Origin: Candidatus Babeliales bacterium
GTDB taxonomy: Bacteria > Babelota > Babeliae > Babelales > Vermiphilaceae
Direction of reading: 5' to 3'
Length of the DNA stretch: 26,957 nt
NCBI GenBank assembly: GCA_044451405.1
Contig: JBIOKB010000012.1
Span: 1-26,957, forward strand
Shown in pieces: positions 1 through 8,828 of this stretch. The stretch's first letter is position 1, and each line of letters starts with the position of its first letter. The position numbers and the translations under genes are program-made. The notes beneath the pieces are model-generated. The model was given only the letters and a program-made list of their open reading frames with translations. It had not been told where the DNA came from and searched no databases.

Positions 1-49
1 AGGTGAGCGTATGGCTAAATACAATCATTTACTGCGTATCGAAGATACA

Positions 50-2632
50 TTAACACGTACGCTGTTGCTTGACCTGTAGTGGATTTTCTTCGTTTTCTAA
101 AAGTTTTTTGATCGCATCCGTCTTCGCCTCATCGAATATCTCCGATGTTTTAATTGGGCTACGCCGGACTTCGTCAGCTTTTATATTGTTTGCTATAAGT
201 GTTTTTGTTCCCGTTCGTCCTGAGCTTGACAAAATAGTGCGCTCATGCGCACCAGGATGCGGACGAGAGTCCTTCTTATTACCCTCCACTAAATACAATG
301 GATTTGCAGTCAATATATCTGATTTAAGTTCATCTTTTTGCAAGAACTCTTCAACCATAGTATGTGCATCATTATTGGTGCCAAAGAAGAAGCGGGTAAT
401 AGGGTCACGTAAGCTATCAAACAGTAGCCCTTCATCAGCATATTGGCGTGCTGTAGCGATATAATCTTTTGTATACGTACTTGCACCACCGCGCAGACGA
501 GGCTCAATAATGGTTGGTGAAATAAATACGGTAAGGTTAGTTTTTACAATTTCATCACGTCTACTTTTGAAGAGCCAGCCAATTAACGGAATTCTGCTGA
601 GCACAGGAGTATCCTGCATCTGAGCGGTCGTTGTAGTTACAATAAGACCACCAAGCGCCAAAATAGAGCCATTTTTAATATTAGCATTGGTATCAACAAC
701 ACGGGTAACGCGAAGATTTTGTGATGCGGTAGTTGCATTAGGGCCAGCAACCCACTCAGTTGCTTCAACATTAAGTTGTAAATTGAGCGTCTCAGAACTA
801 CTAATGCGTGGCGTTAGTTTTACGGTTAAATTTGCTGATTGTGGGGTAAATTTAACGCTCGTTGCAGCAGTACCACTGGTAGCTTCATCTGCTAAAAGAC
901 GTGTTTGCCCAATGGAAATAAATGCCTGCTGATTGTTTGTTGCAATAACGTGTGGATGAGACAAAATCTTGGTATGACCAAAGGTTTGTAAAAGCTGCGC
1001 TATGCTCCACGTTTCCCCCGTTGATGGCACATTAAATGAGATAAGAGTTGAGCCTGCAGGAGCTAAGTCTGCATAGCTTACATTACCTGATCCTGAAGGA
1101 TTTGGGATACTTATACTCAGCAAATCAGAAGCTACAGTTGAATCAATAGCGACCGGTGGAGTGGCTGCATCTAAAATAATCTGCGGTGTAACCTGTGCTG
1201 ATTGTGCACTACTTCTGGCAGTTCCTTGCTGACCGGCTTGAGCGTTTGTAATGGGTAATCCAATTGCATTACGTAACGTGTTACCCAACTGTTTTACATC
1301 ATCTATGGTTAAATCGGCTACCAACACTTCAAGAATTACGGTACGCTGCGGCTTATCAAGCTCTTCAATCAGTTGCTTAATGATTTTCCAATCATCATTT
1401 TTTGCAGCAACTACTAATTTGTTACCGCCATAATATGCTTGGGAAGCATCTACCGGCGTATCGGCTTTAATAAGGACACCTTCAAAATATCGTTCAGGGC
1501 CAACTTGAGTTTGAGTCCCGGTTGATTGTCCTGTGCCGCCAGGGAGCGTTGCTTGCACAATATTTTTGATCACCGGCTCAAGTTGTTGCGCATTTAAATA
1601 TTGCAACTCGTAGACGTGTAAAATTGATTGTCCTGAATCAAGTTCCACATCCAGATATTTGTAAATAAAATCTTTTACCTGATTTACTGCTTGTTCGCGG
1701 CCGACAATAACTAATGAATTAGTACGACGATCAGCAATTAATTTAACATTGCGTGAAAAGTATGTTGCTTCATTAAGACGATGAATATCAGTGCGATATT
1801 TATTCGCCTTATCTTTTTCTGGGGCCAAGATACTTTCACTGAATAACTTTGCAATAATATCAGCAGACGTGTAGCGCAATTTAACGACATCAAAGGTTTC
1901 ACGGTACGTTGTCTGATCAAGTGAAGTAAGCACATGCATCACTGAGCGTACGTTATTTGCCTTATCGCTTACCAACAATCCATTAGTTTTAGGATCAACT
2001 TTATAGAGCGCAGTATCGGGTAATAATTCTCTGAGTATGGTCATTAAAATGCCATCAGCGGCATCACTTACTTTTATATTGGCAAAATAATAGAGATACC
2101 GAATGCGTTCATCGCTATCAGGAAGTTCTTCCGGTTTTATACCAATAAAAATAGGAACCGCTTCGCGTGAAATCGCTTTGCTATTTTTTATGATGGTATA
2201 CGTAGGTTCTTGATCAACTAAGCTATAATCGGCAAGATCAAGAATGGATAGTAAAATATCCCATGCTTCATCAAGATCTAATAACTCATTAATGGTTAAG
2301 GTTACTGTTTCAGTAATAGCATTAGCACCCATGGGCAAAATAATATTATAGTCTTTTTCTGAAGCTACATAGTTGATGATATCAACGAGTTGTTCATTAT
2401 TAAATTTAAATTTAATCTTTTTTTCTGCGCGCACAGATCTACTATTTTTGCCTTTGCTCTTTTTCTTACCTGTTGTTTGATTGGTAGAGGAAGAGTCGAA
2501 TTTCTGTGCCAAAAGGGGATGAGAAGCAAGATCATGGTCGCTAGATGCTTGAGTATCTTGTTTGCACACTAAAGGGATGGTTATGCCTATGCTTACAAGG
2601 ATGAGTGCGTGTATATATGTTCTTAACTTCAT
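50..2632 (-). CDS. gspD: Type II secretion system secretin (GspD-like), distal paralog
   Basis: 860-aa ORF with an N-terminal signal peptide, N0 domain (IKFKFNNEQLVDIINYVA), repeated KH-like N domains (VVKLRYTSA, ADRRTNSLVIVG, VYELQYLNA) and a secretin core (VILEVLVAD, ILSHPHVIATNNQQAFISIG, LTVKLTPRI, TPVLSRIPLIGWLFKS, NLTVFISPTII). Confidence 0.93.
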   Translation of the reverse strand: MKLRTYIHALILVSIGITIPLVCKQDTQASSDHDLASHPLLAQKFDSSSTNQTTGKKKSKGKNSRSVRAEKKIKFKFNNEQLVDIINYVASEKDYNIILPMGANAITETVTLTINELLDLDEAWDILLSILDLADYSLVDQEPTYTIIKNSKAISREAVPIFIGIKPEELPDSDERIRYLYYFANIKVSDAADGILMTILRELLPDTALYKVDPKTNGLLVSDKANNVRSVMHVLTSLDQTTYRETFDVVKLRYTSADIIAKLFSESILAPEKDKANKYRTDIHRLNEATYFSRNVKLIADRRTNSLVIVGREQAVNQVKDFIYKYLDVELDSGQSILHVYELQYLNAQQLEPVIKNIVQATLPGGTGQSTGTQTQVGPERYFEGVLIKADTPVDASQAYYGGNKLVVAAKNDDWKIIKQLIEELDKPQRTVILEVLVADLTIDDVKQLGNTLRNAIGLPITNAQAGQQGTARSSAQSAQVTPQIILDAATPPVAIDSTVASDLLSISIPNPSGSGNVSYADLAPAGSTLISFNVPSTGETWSIAQLLQTFGHTKILSHPHVIATNNQQAFISIGQTRLLADEATSGTAATSVKFTPQSANLTVKLTPRISSSETLNLQLNVEATEWVAGPNATTASQNLRVTRVVDTNANIKNGSILALGGLIVTTTTAQMQDTPVLSRIPLIGWLFKSRRDEIVKTNLTVFISPTIIEPRLRGGASTYTKDYIATARQYADEGLLFDSLRDPITRFFFGTNNDAHTMVEEFLQKDELKSDILTANPLYLVEGNKKDSRPHPGAHERTILSSSGRTGTKTLIANNIKADEVRRSPIKTSEIFDEAKTDAIKKLLENEENPLQVKQQRTC
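116..170. repeat. Palindromic repeat family B, copy within the secretin coding sequence
   Basis: ATCCGTCTTCGCC...GGCTACGCCGGACT arms match the arms of intergenic 13820-13870 (ATCCAGCCTTCGCT...AGTTACGGCGGACT; right arm 11/14 identical). Imperfect inverted repeat around an internal CATCG/CGATG hairpin. Confidence 0.6.
210..267. repeat. Palindromic repeat family A (REP/RPE-like), copy within the secretin coding sequence
   Basis: Gapless inverted match to 10544-10601: 30/30 identical over 210-239 and 49/58 overall by manual alignment. Nested hairpin. Confidence 0.9.
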
Positions 2633-2643
2633 AAGTATCCCTG

Positions 2644-3204
2644 TTATTCTTTAGGACTTGTTTTAGGTTCCAAAGACGCAATAGTTATAGTGACTTCAAG
2701 CACTACAGGCATTTTTTTTAATGCTACTATATCTAATTCTTTTGTATAAATTCTTTTATTTTGATCGAGCGTATTAAGCAGTTCACACAGATCTTTCATG
2801 GTCATATCGGTTAATTTTGACCGTAAAATGCTTTCACTATATTTATCTTCTTTGTCGCTTTGTGATGTTTCTTCCAATGTTCGCTTATCGCTTAAGTGTA
2901 AGTTATTTAACACATCATTAAAAAAACCACCGATTTTAAAATTTTCGTCTTCTTTAATAATAGCATCAACTTCGGCTCGTTGCCGTTTAACGCGTTCAGC
3001 ACGTGTTAAAATAGCACGCGTTCGCTCACGTTCTTCATTGATGGTGTTAATGGTGCCAATAAGGGTATTTACCCGACTGTGGTAGAAATATAAAAGCAAA
3101 GAGAGCATAAGAATAAGGGCTCCCAGAGCAATTCCGCTGTATTTATAGAACGTCTGCTCATCAAGACTTGCAATAAAATCGCGCAGCTGATCAAATACTT
3201 TCAT
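2644..3204 (-). CDS. T2SS inner-membrane GspM/PilO-like protein
   Basis: 186 aa with one N-terminal TM helix (GIALGALILMLSLLLYFY), a coiled coil and a ferredoxin-like C-terminal pattern (LCELLNTLDQ...VLEVTITIASL); lies directly after the GspL-like gene. Confidence 0.7.
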   Translation of the reverse strand: MKVFDQLRDFIASLDEQTFYKYSGIALGALILMLSLLLYFYHSRVNTLIGTINTINEERERTRAILTRAERVKRQRAEVDAIIKEDENFKIGGFFNDVLNNLHLSDKRTLEETSQSDKEDKYSESILRSKLTDMTMKDLCELLNTLDQNKRIYTKELDIVALKKMPVVLEVTITIASLEPKTSPKE

Positions 3205-3211
3205 AGTATCC

Positions 3212-4825
3212 TTATACCGGTTTTGCTAATTTTATTTTCATCGTAAAGTCTGGATTTTGTTGCCCTTCAACATGTGCAAAGAGTTTTGATTGACGCAACT
3301 CTTTTTCAAGCAATGCAAGTGCTGCGTGATCCTTTACGTGAGCGGTTAATGTAATAGCAGGTTCAGTAATGGTTAATTTATCAATGGTAAATCCAAGATC
3401 TCTTTTATCAATTTTACTCGTAAGCTCTAGTAAATAGGTCAAAAATGATGGACGCATAGGATTAGCAAATGAGAACCATAACTCTTCTTCTCTTTTAACT
3501 TGTAATGTCGATTGTTCAACGGCATCTTCTAGATTACCAACATCAGATAATGCTTTAGGAAACTGATGTTTGAGCGCCTCAACTGCTTCTTGCTGATATT
3601 CGTCAACAGCGGTATTAAGCGTATGTAATTGTAAAAAGCTAAATACACCAAAACTGATAAGCATCATGAGGCTGAGAATTGCTGCGCAGATTAATTGTTT
3701 ATTTAATAAAGAAGCATCAGATGCTTTAGTTACTATCTTTGGTTGCAAATTAAAATTTTGAATAACAGGCGAAGGCAATGCACTGCTCAAGCTTAAAATG
3801 CTTCTAAATGGAATGTTGTTCTTTCCAACGATTGATATAGTGGCTGTATGGAGCAGCTCGTTAATACGCATTAATTCACATGGCGTCTGTGCCTGCGTGG
3901 TAACAAACGCAGGTAATCCTTTTATATCAGCGCCACCACCTAACAGCACGATGCGTGTTAATGGTGCTTGATCAAGCGCGGTAAAGCTGTTTAAGGTAAA
4001 AGCAATTTCTTGCCAAAAACTGGTAAGGGCGTTGTTCATAGTTTTAGTATAGGCAGGGTTATCATACCGTTCTAAGCCATAGCGCATGATTGATTCTAAT
4101 GCTTCAGATGCTGAAACGTCTAACTCATCACTTATTGATTTTGCAATGGTTGCAACTCCTTTTGGTAATGAGCGTATCAGGCGAAGTTGTCCATTATGTA
4201 TGTAACCAATGGTAGTGGTGTATGAACCAATATCAATGAGCGCTACACCGCCTTCAAGTTTTGAGTATGAAGGTATCTGGAGATACGTGCCATAGAGCAC
4301 AAAAAGATCAACGATTATTTGTTGTACCGTAAGACCTGCTTCTTGAAAGAGTTGCAAATGCTCATCAACATGAACTTTTTGTGTAGCGGCTACTAATACC
4401 TTTGATGTTTTTTCTGTTTTATTTTCTTGGGTAATGATACAATCGATAACTGCATCAGCAAGTGCAAAAGGGAGCAATGGTTCAACTTCAAAATCAGCAA
4501 CCATTGCAACTTTATCTCGTCCAATAAATGGTATGGTGAGTTCTTTAAAAATAACCAGCGAGCTACTCAAGCTTGTGTGAATGGCATCATACCGATCAAG
4601 TTGTTGTGCAATAGTTACAAGCGCTGCTGCTACTCGTTCATTGTACATGCTCACGCTGCCATTCTCTAAGGCTACTTCTATGCATTTTTCAATAGTAACC
4701 TGACGGCCTTTAAGGTAAATCTGCGTTGCATGTATATGTGTTTTGCCAATATCAAAGCCAACAATACGTTTAGGAAATAGATAGTAGGTACCTACATGTT
4801 CAGGAAGAAAGATGTTGCGAATCAT
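3212..4825 (-). CDS. GspL-like protein: PilM-type actin-fold cytoplasmic domain fused to a TM helix and a PilN-like periplasmic domain
   Basis: Actin-fold motifs IVGFDIG, ALIDIGSYTT and IVLLGGGA; TM helix near aa 378-400; C-terminal PilN-like segment (ITLTAHV...LEKELRQSKLF). ATGA overlap with the upstream secretin. Confidence 0.82.
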   Translation of the reverse strand: MIRNIFLPEHVGTYYLFPKRIVGFDIGKTHIHATQIYLKGRQVTIEKCIEVALENGSVSMYNERVAAALVTIAQQLDRYDAIHTSLSSSLVIFKELTIPFIGRDKVAMVADFEVEPLLPFALADAVIDCIITQENKTEKTSKVLVAATQKVHVDEHLQLFQEAGLTVQQIIVDLFVLYGTYLQIPSYSKLEGGVALIDIGSYTTTIGYIHNGQLRLIRSLPKGVATIAKSISDELDVSASEALESIMRYGLERYDNPAYTKTMNNALTSFWQEIAFTLNSFTALDQAPLTRIVLLGGGADIKGLPAFVTTQAQTPCELMRINELLHTATISIVGKNNIPFRSILSLSSALPSPVIQNFNLQPKIVTKASDASLLNKQLICAAILSLMMLISFGVFSFLQLHTLNTAVDEYQQEAVEALKHQFPKALSDVGNLEDAVEQSTLQVKREEELWFSFANPMRPSFLTYLLELTSKIDKRDLGFTIDKLTITEPAITLTAHVKDHAALALLEKELRQSKLFAHVEGQQNPDFTMKIKLAKPV

Positions 4826-7566
4826 GCGTGTACTCCTTGGTTGGTATCAGGAGAGTTCAATAAAGACGATGATCGTGTGCGTGTAGGGACGGTGGTCTGC
4901 TTGGTGTTTTGGGCAACAGTAGTTGCTTTGGTTGTTGCGGATCCTGGAGAAATAACTCGTTGAGCGGGCTCAGCTTTAGGAGTATTCTGCCCGATCACAA
5001 TCTCATTACCCGCAGCCTTGCGCATCTCTGATGGTTTGTTAACACCCTTATTTTTCTTCTTCTTATGTTTTTTATTGCGATTAAAGAGATAATTATCAAT
5101 CATTTTTTCGGTACTATCTTCTCCAGCAGCAAAGAATAACTTATGAATAGGATCACTCGAGGTATATGGTTGTTCTATGTTTGTTAAATCACCATGATAA
5201 TCTTTAATACGCTCTTGCGTGAATCCATTGTAATCTTTTGGTTCATGAGGGCGCACAATGCGCGTCGATATTAATATGAGCAAATTAGTTTTTGATTCTT
5301 GTTTGCTCTTATTTTTAAAGAGCCAGCCAACAATAGGAAGATTTCCTAGCAGCGGTACTTGGGATATAGTGTTAGTTATTTGCGTACGAATTAAGCCGCC
5401 TAACGCTAATACTTCTTTATCAGCAACAATAGATGTTGTCTTAATTTCTTGCGTATTTTTAGTTGCATCTTGGAAGTTTGTTTGATCAGTAAATGTGTTA
5501 ATTTGTACATCAAGATCGAGTACAATCATGCCATCAGAGTTAATTTGTGGGGTAACAGATACCGTTAAATTTGCATCATCGTTAGCAAAAGATTCTTGGG
5601 TTGTTGCACCAACAACGTTTGCAGCTACAACTCGGCGCCGTTGACCAACAGATACCGTTGCCTTCTTTTTGTTAGTAGCAACTAAGAATGGATTAGAAAC
5701 AACTTGAGCGTTGCTGATAGTTTCAAGTATGTTGAAAATACCCCAGACACCAAAAAAGTCAGTACCTAATGATACAACAGTGTTTCCTGGAAGTGATGTG
5801 CCAAATGAACCGTTTACTAAATTAATTAAGTTGCCAAGCAGGCGCTCAACACCAGTTCCAGCGCTATTCGTTACAATACCAGCAGCACTACCGCTAATCA
5901 ATGAGCCAGATGTTTGAAATTGTACACTTTTGAGAGGGTTGCCATTAGTTGCTGGGTTGCTCGCTGATTGTTTACTACGCAATTGAGCACCTAATATTTT
6001 ACTACGTTCAAGATCAAGGGAAATAATAAGCACTTCAACGGCAACTTGTGGTTGAGAAGAATCAAGTGCATCTAAAATTTCTTTAGCGCGTAAATAATCT
6101 TCTTCTTCACCTTTAATGATAATACGATTGGTTGAGGGTTCAGGGGTAAAGGTAATTGTTTTTAAATATTTATCATTATCGCGCACACCACCAACTTGGC
6201 CAGCAGGGGTGTTTTTACCAAACTGGGTAACTTCTGTCATAATGTTAGATACCGTCACCGCATCAGCATATTTGAGCGTGTATACACGCAACGGTGAATG
6301 CATTTTACCGATATCAACATCTACATAGTTAACGATAAAATCTTCTATTTTTTTAATAGCATCAGGAGTTCCGAGTAAAATGAGAGAGTTAGAGCGTGGT
6401 TCAGCGATCATGCGGGTGTTTTCAGGGAAATATAACGTAGTTGGTTGTTTACGTGCCGGGAATAACCTACCTGCTGCACTTTGATCATCTGTTTGGATAA
6501 TGCCATCATAAAGATTTTTAACTTCCTGTGCATCAGCGCGGCGCAATTTGAGCACCGACATTGCTTGAGGAAGTGTTGTACGATCAAGTTCAGTAACAAT
6601 CTTCATTAAGCTTTTTATGTTGTATGCTTTATCGGTAAGTAGAAATGCATTGAGCTCATTAAGAACTAAAAATGCTGATGCGGTGCTGCGCAGCGATTCT
6701 ACAATATCTTTCATAGTGGTTATTGAAGCATTTTCTACAAAATACACATAACGCACCAATTGATCCGTATCAGGAAGGGCATCTGGCTTGGTACCAATGA
6801 ATGCAGGGATAGGTGATTTGCGCGCAAGCTCTGTTTGCACAACTTTAAAAATAGTAGGATCTGCATCAGGAACCAACGTAAGGCCAGCCATATCTAAAAA
6901 TGATACAAATAAGCTCCAGGCAGTTTTTTTGGTCAGTGGCTTAAATGTTTTAAACGAAATTTTGTTACCACTGACCCCTTTGCCTACTTTTGGCAATGGC
7001 GTGAGAATATCGTTGGTAATAAAGGTAACGTTATACACATCGGACATGTACGTTAACAGTGTATTTAAATCAGCATCTTCAAAATGAAATTCTATAGTTG
7101 CTTCTTGCTCGCCCTCGCTCATCACGGGCATGACACTTTTGCGAGCATCTTTTTGCACCTGTTGAGGTGTTTTAGGCGGCATGGCAGGTAGCTGTTGTAT
7201 TTCTTTTTCTAATTCAAGCGGAAGGCGGGATTGGCCTAGATTAACTTCATGAATGTCTTGGTCGCCCTGATCGGCAAGTAACACTGATTTTTTAGTTGAT
7301 ACAGGAACGTTTATTGTTGCGGGAACTTTAGTATCTGCTGCATTGCTTGCTACTGTACTTGCTGCACCTTGCTGAGTCTGATCAGGCGTTTGACTGTTAG
7401 TTAGAGTTGAATTTTTACTGCCCGCGTTGTGCTCTGTAGAAATAGCTGATACTGGCTCCAGTTCATCTCTGCTTGCCAACAACAACCCTTTAGCTTGTAT
7501 TATAGGTGCGCACAATATAGTAGTAAAAAGAAAAGCAAGCACACGGTTTATATACTTATTGTTCAT
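4822..7566 (-). CDS. gspD: Type II secretion system secretin GspD, proximal paralog
   Basis: 914 aa with signal peptide (…APIIQA), low-complexity linker, N0 (IEFHFEDADL), N domains (VLKLRRADA, AEPRSNSLILLG, VYTLKYADA) and secretin core (PQVAVEVLI, VTPQINSDG, VPLLGNLPIVGWLFK). ATGA overlap with gspC. Confidence 0.94.
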   Translation of the reverse strand: MNNKYINRVLAFLFTTILCAPIIQAKGLLLASRDELEPVSAISTEHNAGSKNSTLTNSQTPDQTQQGAASTVASNAADTKVPATINVPVSTKKSVLLADQGDQDIHEVNLGQSRLPLELEKEIQQLPAMPPKTPQQVQKDARKSVMPVMSEGEQEATIEFHFEDADLNTLLTYMSDVYNVTFITNDILTPLPKVGKGVSGNKISFKTFKPLTKKTAWSLFVSFLDMAGLTLVPDADPTIFKVVQTELARKSPIPAFIGTKPDALPDTDQLVRYVYFVENASITTMKDIVESLRSTASAFLVLNELNAFLLTDKAYNIKSLMKIVTELDRTTLPQAMSVLKLRRADAQEVKNLYDGIIQTDDQSAAGRLFPARKQPTTLYFPENTRMIAEPRSNSLILLGTPDAIKKIEDFIVNYVDVDIGKMHSPLRVYTLKYADAVTVSNIMTEVTQFGKNTPAGQVGGVRDNDKYLKTITFTPEPSTNRIIIKGEEEDYLRAKEILDALDSSQPQVAVEVLIISLDLERSKILGAQLRSKQSASNPATNGNPLKSVQFQTSGSLISGSAAGIVTNSAGTGVERLLGNLINLVNGSFGTSLPGNTVVSLGTDFFGVWGIFNILETISNAQVVSNPFLVATNKKKATVSVGQRRRVVAANVVGATTQESFANDDANLTVSVTPQINSDGMIVLDLDVQINTFTDQTNFQDATKNTQEIKTTSIVADKEVLALGGLIRTQITNTISQVPLLGNLPIVGWLFKNKSKQESKTNLLILISTRIVRPHEPKDYNGFTQERIKDYHGDLTNIEQPYTSSDPIHKLFFAAGEDSTEKMIDNYLFNRNKKHKKKKNKGVNKPSEMRKAAGNEIVIGQNTPKAEPAQRVISPGSATTKATTVAQNTKQTTVPTRTRSSSLLNSPDTNQGVHA

Positions 7567-8696
7567 GGTTGTACTCCCTCAGATACATTATGAGGTTGAT
7601 GAGGAGTAGGCGCTTTCCCTTTTTCCATCATTATTTTTCTTTCGCGTGAACGAATGTCGTGTAATGTTGGTGCAAATTTATGACGTTCTTGCATAGCTTT
7701 TATCTGATCTTGGGTAGCTTGACCAGCAGTTGCTCCGCGCATCTGAACCACTTCTTTTTCAGCTGATTCAGTATCATCGGATTGTCCTATGACGTACTGT
7801 ACTGTATAAGGTCTATTATTACGGATTAAGTCTACAACAATAGTGTCTTTTGTCTTCATGCTAGTTATCTGTTTGTAAATTGCCATACGATGTGCGGTAT
7901 CAACAACCGGTACACTATTAATGGCACGAATAATATCGCCTGATTGTAAGCCAAGCTCCTGCGCAAATGATGGATCTTGTATGGTTCCTATTTTGCAGCC
8001 AACACTGGTACCATTTTGATATACGGTAGTTAAATCAAGAAGATCAATAAATTGTCCGAGATTATTAATGCGGAACATAAACTCTTTGGTGTTGATAAGG
8101 TATTGATTGTCGCTCATTTTTTGAGTAATGCCTTTAAAGCCGGTGATCTGTGCATAGGTTGGATCAAGTTGGGCATCTTTAGGACGTAGATACAAGACCT
8201 CCTGTTGCCCGTTTGGACGCAAGAATAGAACTTTATTACTAAAAATTTTAATCAGTTGTGCATCTTCAACAATATCACCAACTTTGTAAGAACCTTCTTT
8301 GTTGGTACGAGTATCGCTAATAATTGCCCGATTTTTAGTATCATCATTGCCAATAATAATGATCCCTTTGAGTGTGATTTTTAATGGTTCTAAAAATTGT
8401 GGCCGTGGTTCAGGTGGCACATGGGTTGGTATAGGAGGTGGTGGCGGAGGTGCAGGTGTAATATAATTAGGCTCTGTTGGTATTTCCTGCTGCGAATGAT
8501 AGGTGCCAAAAAGATCATTTTCATAAATTTTACGGATATTTACTTCTGAAACTTTTTTTGGCAATGGTTTTACATAACCACGTGCTTCAATCTGTTCTGA
8601 CGCAGGAACATCTACACGCATGATAAGCATGAAACATACAATGATAATGAATAGAAAAAGAAGTGCGCTATTCACAATCCACAGGGGATGTCTCAT
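7563..8696 (-). CDS. gspC: Type II secretion protein GspC with PDZ domain
   Basis: N-terminal TM helix, Pro-rich linker, HR domain (LKITLKGII...RAIISD...YKVGD), PDZ motif (AQELGLQSGDIIRAINSV); directly upstream of gspD. Confidence 0.85.
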   Translation of the reverse strand: MRHPLWIVNSALLFLFIIIVCFMLIMRVDVPASEQIEARGYVKPLPKKVSEVNIRKIYENDLFGTYHSQQEIPTEPNYITPAPPPPPPIPTHVPPEPRPQFLEPLKITLKGIIIIGNDDTKNRAIISDTRTNKEGSYKVGDIVEDAQLIKIFSNKVLFLRPNGQQEVLYLRPKDAQLDPTYAQITGFKGITQKMSDNQYLINTKEFMFRINNLGQFIDLLDLTTVYQNGTSVGCKIGTIQDPSFAQELGLQSGDIIRAINSVPVVDTAHRMAIYKQITSMKTKDTIVVDLIRNNRPYTVQYVIGQSDDTESAEKEVVQMRGATAGQATQDQIKAMQERHKFAPTLHDIRSRERKIMMEKGKAPTPHQPHNVSEGVQP

Positions 8697-8726
8697 TCAA
8701 ATTCCTTTTTTAAAATTTACCTTCAC

Positions 8727-8756
8727 ACAATACCTTTGTTGTCTTTGCGTTGTCAA
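8727..8756 (-). promoter_or_regulatory. Sigma70-type promoter for the gsp operon
   Basis: Minus strand TTGACA (8756-8751), 18-nt spacer, TATTGT (8732-8727); AAGGAA Shine-Dalgarno just upstream of the gspC ATG. Confidence 0.6.
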
Positions 8757-8828
8757 GGGTAGATACATGTTGTTAAACTGCTTAAAATCGTGATCTGGCA
8801 AAGTATTTTGGTCCGCTGGTGGTGCTTG

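Noticed and set aside
1-50. Possible next gene downstream of the distal secretin (minus-strand ATG at 50 or 28)
   Set aside because: The ATG at 50 closes after 11 codons; the ATG at 28 runs off the window after 9 codons, so nothing can be assigned.
69-464. 131-aa plus-strand ORF spanning both palindromic inserts, and the other short antisense or alternate-frame ORFs in the track
   Set aside because: They lie within well-supported genes and show no recognisable motifs; consistent with shadow ORFs.
2561-2632. Lipoprotein (self-piloting) signal in the distal secretin at IPLVC
   Set aside because: PLVC does not fit the [LVI][ASTVI][GAS]C lipobox.
8425-8460. GGT/GGA-rich run in gspC
   Set aside because: Encodes the poly-proline linker expected between TM and HR domains; not a DNA repeat element.
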